29,144 bases of DNA from a virus (Duplodnaviria; Caudoviricetes), in the IMG/VR virus record IMGVR_UViG_3300032290_000187, positions 1 through 29,144 of that record, one strand, 5' to 3'. The translations under genes and the position numbers were made by a program. This document shows positions 26,234 through 29,144 of this stretch, one piece after another. Below the pieces are notes generated by a model. It worked only from the letters and a program-made list of their open reading frames with translations. It searched no databases and was not told the origin of the DNA. Position 1 is the first letter of the stretch. Every line of letters starts with the position of its first letter.

Positions 26234-26733
26234 TGGCAGAAGCATTATTAATAGGGAAAGCAGATTTACAGTCTTACACAGCATTAAATGGCAATGTTGA
26301 TACTGATAAAGTAATTCAATTTATAAAGATTGCTCAGGATATTTGGGTACTTCAGTATGTAGGTACTGACTTAATGGATAAGATTAAGAGTGATATAGTT
26401 GCAAGTACGTTAACAGGTAACTATGCGACACTTGTAAATACGTATCTAAAACCTATGTTGATACACTTTACAATGGTTGAATACTTACCATTCGCTGCAT
26501 ATTCGATATCTAATAAAGGATTGTATAAACATAGCTCTGAGAATGCGGAGATAGTAAGTAAAGAAGAGGTAGATTATTTGATTGAGAAAGAGAAACGTAT
26601 TGCAGAGAATTACGCACAAAGATTCTTAGACTATATGTGTGATAACGAAAATTTATTCCCTGAGTATCAAACAAACACTAATGGGGATGTTTCCCCACAA
26701 AAACAGAATTATTTATCAAATTGGTATTTATGA
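26233..26733 (+). CDS. Head-tail adaptor/connector (putative)
   Basis: Helical 166-aa protein directly after the portal (IKIAQD...LFPEY). Confidence 0.55.
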   Translation: MAEALLIGKADLQSYTALNGNVDTDKVIQFIKIAQDIWVLQYVGTDLMDKIKSDIVASTLTGNYATLVNTYLKPMLIHFTMVEYLPFAAYSISNKGLYKHSSENAEIVSKEEVDYLIEKEKRIAENYAQRFLDYMCDNENLFPEYQTNTNGDVSPQKQNYLSNWYL

Positions 26734-26882
26734 TTAAAGAGGTATATAAGCCTAAACAAAACAACATTGTTAAATTAGAGTTATATCTTAAGAAGATAGA
26801 GAAAGATGGCAGACAAAAAGATAAGCGAGTTAACACCGAAAGCAGCACAACTACAGGACGACGACCTGTTAATGATAAGTGA
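26730..26882 (+). CDS. Small basic hypothetical protein, 50 aa (MIKEVYKPKQNNIVKLELYLKK...)
   Basis: ATGA overlap with the adaptor gene; overlaps the next ORF. Confidence 0.45.
   Translation: MIKEVYKPKQNNIVKLELYLKKIEKDGRQKDKRVNTESSTTTGRRPVNDK
26761..26783 (+). promoter_or_regulatory. Late-promoter motif copy 6 (one mismatch)
   Basis: ACAAC 26761-26765, N13, AGTTA 26779-26783; ATG at 26806. Confidence 0.55.
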
Positions 26883-27261
26883 TTATAACGGATCAACGTA
26901 CGACACTAAATCTGTTACAGGTGCCAATATAAGACCTTACAAAACTGTGATGTTCAACATTAGTCAGAGTTCTACTTCAGCACCTACAAAGAATTGGAGT
27001 TATGAAACAGAGGTAACTCAAACATTTACATTCGCTAGATTAGGTGCTGGAGCTTATGAGTTAACTTCTTCTAGTGCTTTATTTACAGCTAATAAAACAT
27101 TTATAAATATAACATTAGGAAGTGGACCAAATGGGATATGTATTGGAGCTTTTAGAATAGATGCTAGTACAATATATTTTACAACTTCAGATGGAGCTAC
27201 GGCAAGTTTTACAGATGGAGCTTTAACAAACGCAACGTTAGAAATCAAAATAATAAAATAA
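26806..27261 (+). CDS. Short fibre-like structural protein
   Basis: N-terminal KKISEL...DDLL motif and beta-rich C-terminus (RLGAGAY). Confidence 0.55.
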   Translation: MADKKISELTPKAAQLQDDDLLMISDYNGSTYDTKSVTGANIRPYKTVMFNISQSSTSAPTKNWSYETEVTQTFTFARLGAGAYELTSSSALFTANKTFINITLGSGPNGICIGAFRIDASTIYFTTSDGATASFTDGALTNATLEIKIIK

Positions 27262-27264
27262 GAT

Positions 27265-27534
27265 ATGAGTTTACCAAATTTAGACAGATTAGTTGCTACG
27301 AAAGGAACTAAATTAGTTAACGATACTACAGAGGTTACAGCTACAATTGCTGGTATTTTTGTGTTAGAAGATACAGTATTCAACGCTATTAAAGTAGCTG
27401 GTACAGACGTTAAGAGTACGTATATTACTACTCCAGCTACAGCAGTTAAAGCTGGAGCATTGATTACAGGTCAAGGCGTATTATTTAGTGGTGTAGACTT
27501 AACAAGCGGTTCAGTTAACTTAATATTAGGATAG
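27265..27534 (+). CDS. Small beta-rich virion protein (hypothetical)
   Basis: T/A/G/V-rich ORF in the structural block. Confidence 0.6.
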   Translation: MSLPNLDRLVATKGTKLVNDTTEVTATIAGIFVLEDTVFNAIKVAGTDVKSTYITTPATAVKAGALITGQGVLFSGVDLTSGSVNLILG

Positions 27535-27535
27535 T

Positions 27536-28306
27536 ATGCTATACGGATACGGAATACTAAACAATCATGTTCCAACGTTAAAGGCTACTGTTATGAAAAT
27601 TGGCGCTGCAGTGAGTACGTTACTTACTGGGCTTTACGCTGTATATAAAGGTGAATCAAATGCAAATGATTCATTAGGCACTTATAACGGAACAGCACAA
27701 GGAGGTTTAACGTACACTACTGGGAAAAGTGGTAATGCTTTTACTTTTAATGGTACTAACGCTTATGTCAGTTTACCTAATGATTCACTTAATTTATCTA
27801 GTAATTTCAGTTATTCATTTTGGATAAATTCTAATGATACAACTAGTGGTAGTAAAATAGTGGTTGGAAACGTGCAATCACCAAGGTCAATATATAGTTT
27901 TTTTCATGGGTATGAGATTGGAACTGGTTCAGGTAAATACTATTTTTACTTTAGGAATGGATTTAATGTACAAATTTTTGTAGAAACAACAAATGTAGTT
28001 AACAATGGAAGTTGGAATCACATAGTAGTTACTTACAACCCAAACAATCTGACAACAGGCGCTCAAATATATGTTAATGGTACTATTAATATTCAAGGTA
28101 ATACATTAGGTTTAGTTAGTCCTATTGGATATTCATCACCAATGAAATCATGTATAGGCGCTAGAGATCATAGTGGGGCAGCAGTTAATTTTTTACCAAA
28201 CGGAACTATTTTAGACGAAGTAACCGTATGGAACAAAGAACTAACGTCAACAGAAGTAACCCAATTATATAATAGTGGAGCTGGTAAGTTCTACCCAACA
28301 TTTTAA
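27536..28306 (+). CDS. LamG/concanavalin A-like lectin domain protein (receptor-binding candidate)
   Basis: GKSGNAFTFNG...FSYSFW...WNHIVVTY...IYVNG...LDEV.VWNKELT...LYN. Confidence 0.85.
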   Translation: MLYGYGILNNHVPTLKATVMKIGAAVSTLLTGLYAVYKGESNANDSLGTYNGTAQGGLTYTTGKSGNAFTFNGTNAYVSLPNDSLNLSSNFSYSFWINSNDTTSGSKIVVGNVQSPRSIYSFFHGYEIGTGSGKYYFYFRNGFNVQIFVETTNVVNNGSWNHIVVTYNPNNLTTGAQIYVNGTINIQGNTLGLVSPIGYSSPMKSCIGARDHSGAAVNFLPNGTILDEVTVWNKELTSTEVTQLYNSGAGKFYPTF

Positions 28307-28309
28307 ATT

Positions 28310-28543
28310 ATGATTAAAGTAAGAGAATTAACAGAACAACAAAAAGACCTTTTAATAGGTCAAGTTTGGGGATATCAAGGACAACTATTTAATCCTCAAT
28401 TAGATGCAGATGGAAAATGGTTTATTTCAAATGAAGAAGTAAACGGATGTACTTTGCAACAAGCTGAGTCCATCCCATGTGATGCATGGCTATTGACTTT
28501 ACCTGAAATTGATTATAATCCTGTAGTAACTGAGTTTATCTAA
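28310..28543 (+). CDS. Hypothetical protein
   Basis: ORF following the LamG gene (FNPQLDADGKWFIS.EE). Confidence 0.65.
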   Translation: MIKVRELTEQQKDLLIGQVWGYQGQLFNPQLDADGKWFISNEEVNGCTLQQAESIPCDAWLLTLPEIDYNPVVTEFI

Positions 28544-29144
28544 TGCAAGAGGTTAAGAACATTTTAGAGCAGTTACGCAAGATGAAAACGCAAGTAATTA
28601 TTATTTTGCTAATTGCTTTTATTTTGTTCTATTACCGACCATTGATAACTGAGGTTGTTGAGGACGAAATCAAAGACGAGATAAAGGACGACATTACTAA
28701 CAATGTGCTTATTCAACAAATGCTAAATGATTTGATGTTGAAGTACAAAGCAGATAGGGGCTACGTGTTTAGGTTTCATAATGGAATAACGTTCTATGAT
28801 GGTAAGCATAAAAACCATCAATCAATGGCATTTGAAGTATGTAATAGAGGTATATCATCAGAGGCTATGCAATTACAAAATCTACCTACTAGCTTATTCC
28901 CTGTCTTTCTTCAAGAGGTGATGCTTAACAAGATGGTGTATTCAGATATAAATGACATACGAGAAAACGCAACTAGATTATCTTTAAGGGATCAAGGAAT
29001 AAAAAGCATTGTAGTTGCACCTGTATTTAAAAACGGAAGATTTACAGCTTATGTAGGGTTAGATTTTGTAAAAGAAACAATTCATGAAAATTTTAATTAT
29101 AGAGAGTTTAAAACACTAACAAACGAAATAGGCAACATTTTAAC
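28543..29144 (+). CDS. Single-TM protein with GAF-like domain, T4 holin T-like (3'-truncated; absent from the ORF track)
   Basis: Open from ATG 28543 to the window end (200 codons). It has a TM segment VIIILLIAFILFYY, then ADRGYVFRFHNG...QGIKSIVVAPV...YVGLDF. Confidence 0.65.
   Translation, partial: MQEVKNILEQLRKMKTQVIIILLIAFILFYYRPLITEVVEDEIKDEIKDDITNNVLIQQMLNDLMLKYKADRGYVFRFHNGITFYDGKHKNHQSMAFEVCNRGISSEAMQLQNLPTSLFPVFLQEVMLNKMVYSDINDIRENATRLSLRDQGIKSIVVAPVFKNGRFTAYVGLDFVKETIHENFNYREFKTLTNEIGNIL

Noticed and set aside
4226-27383. Minus-strand ORFs in the track (e.g. 4226-4495, 7538-7849, 9404-9703, 25372-25686, 27054-27383)
   Set aside because: All are antisense shadows of well-supported plus-strand genes and carry no recognisable motifs.
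1-29144. Stop-codon reassignment, tRNA genes, CRISPR array, integrase
   Set aside because: Genes tile the window under the standard code with TAA, TAG and TGA all used as stops. I saw no cloverleaf, repeat-spacer array or recombinase.

Overview
This is a 29.1-kb, AT-rich fragment of a tailed (siphovirus-like) phage genome. All credible genes are on the + strand and many are coupled by ATGA/TAATG overlaps. The host is most likely Bacteroidota/Flavobacteriia, judging by TAnnTTTG-type promoter elements, A-rich translation starts without Shine-Dalgarno sequences and a DUF3127-like gene. The left third encodes replication and recombination functions (primase-helicase C-terminus, SNF2-like helicase, NUMOD4-HNH-AP2 homing endonuclease, VRR-NUC, exonuclease, SSB-like protein), accessory genes (GNAT, RlpA-like protein, two all-alpha NTP pyrophosphatases) and an ECF-type sigma factor. 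The rest is packaging and virion genes in an unusual order: terminase, tail genes, protease, scaffold, capsid, tail tube, portal, adaptor, receptor-binding candidates and a truncated GAF-fold holin-like gene. Four signals stand out. (1) A bipartite motif ACAA(A/C)-N13-AGTTA occurs six times, each time just upstream of a late gene; in three cases the ATG starts exactly 11 nt after the G, suggesting a phage-sigma late regulon with leaderless transcripts. (2) A T9 slippery site predicts a -1 frameshift in a tail-chaperone-like gene. (3) A circularly permuted Fib_succ_major-like domain appears to be inserted into a small virion protein. (4) A pseudoknot-forming leader precedes the homing endonuclease. 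Family assignments come from motif recognition by eye, not database searches.
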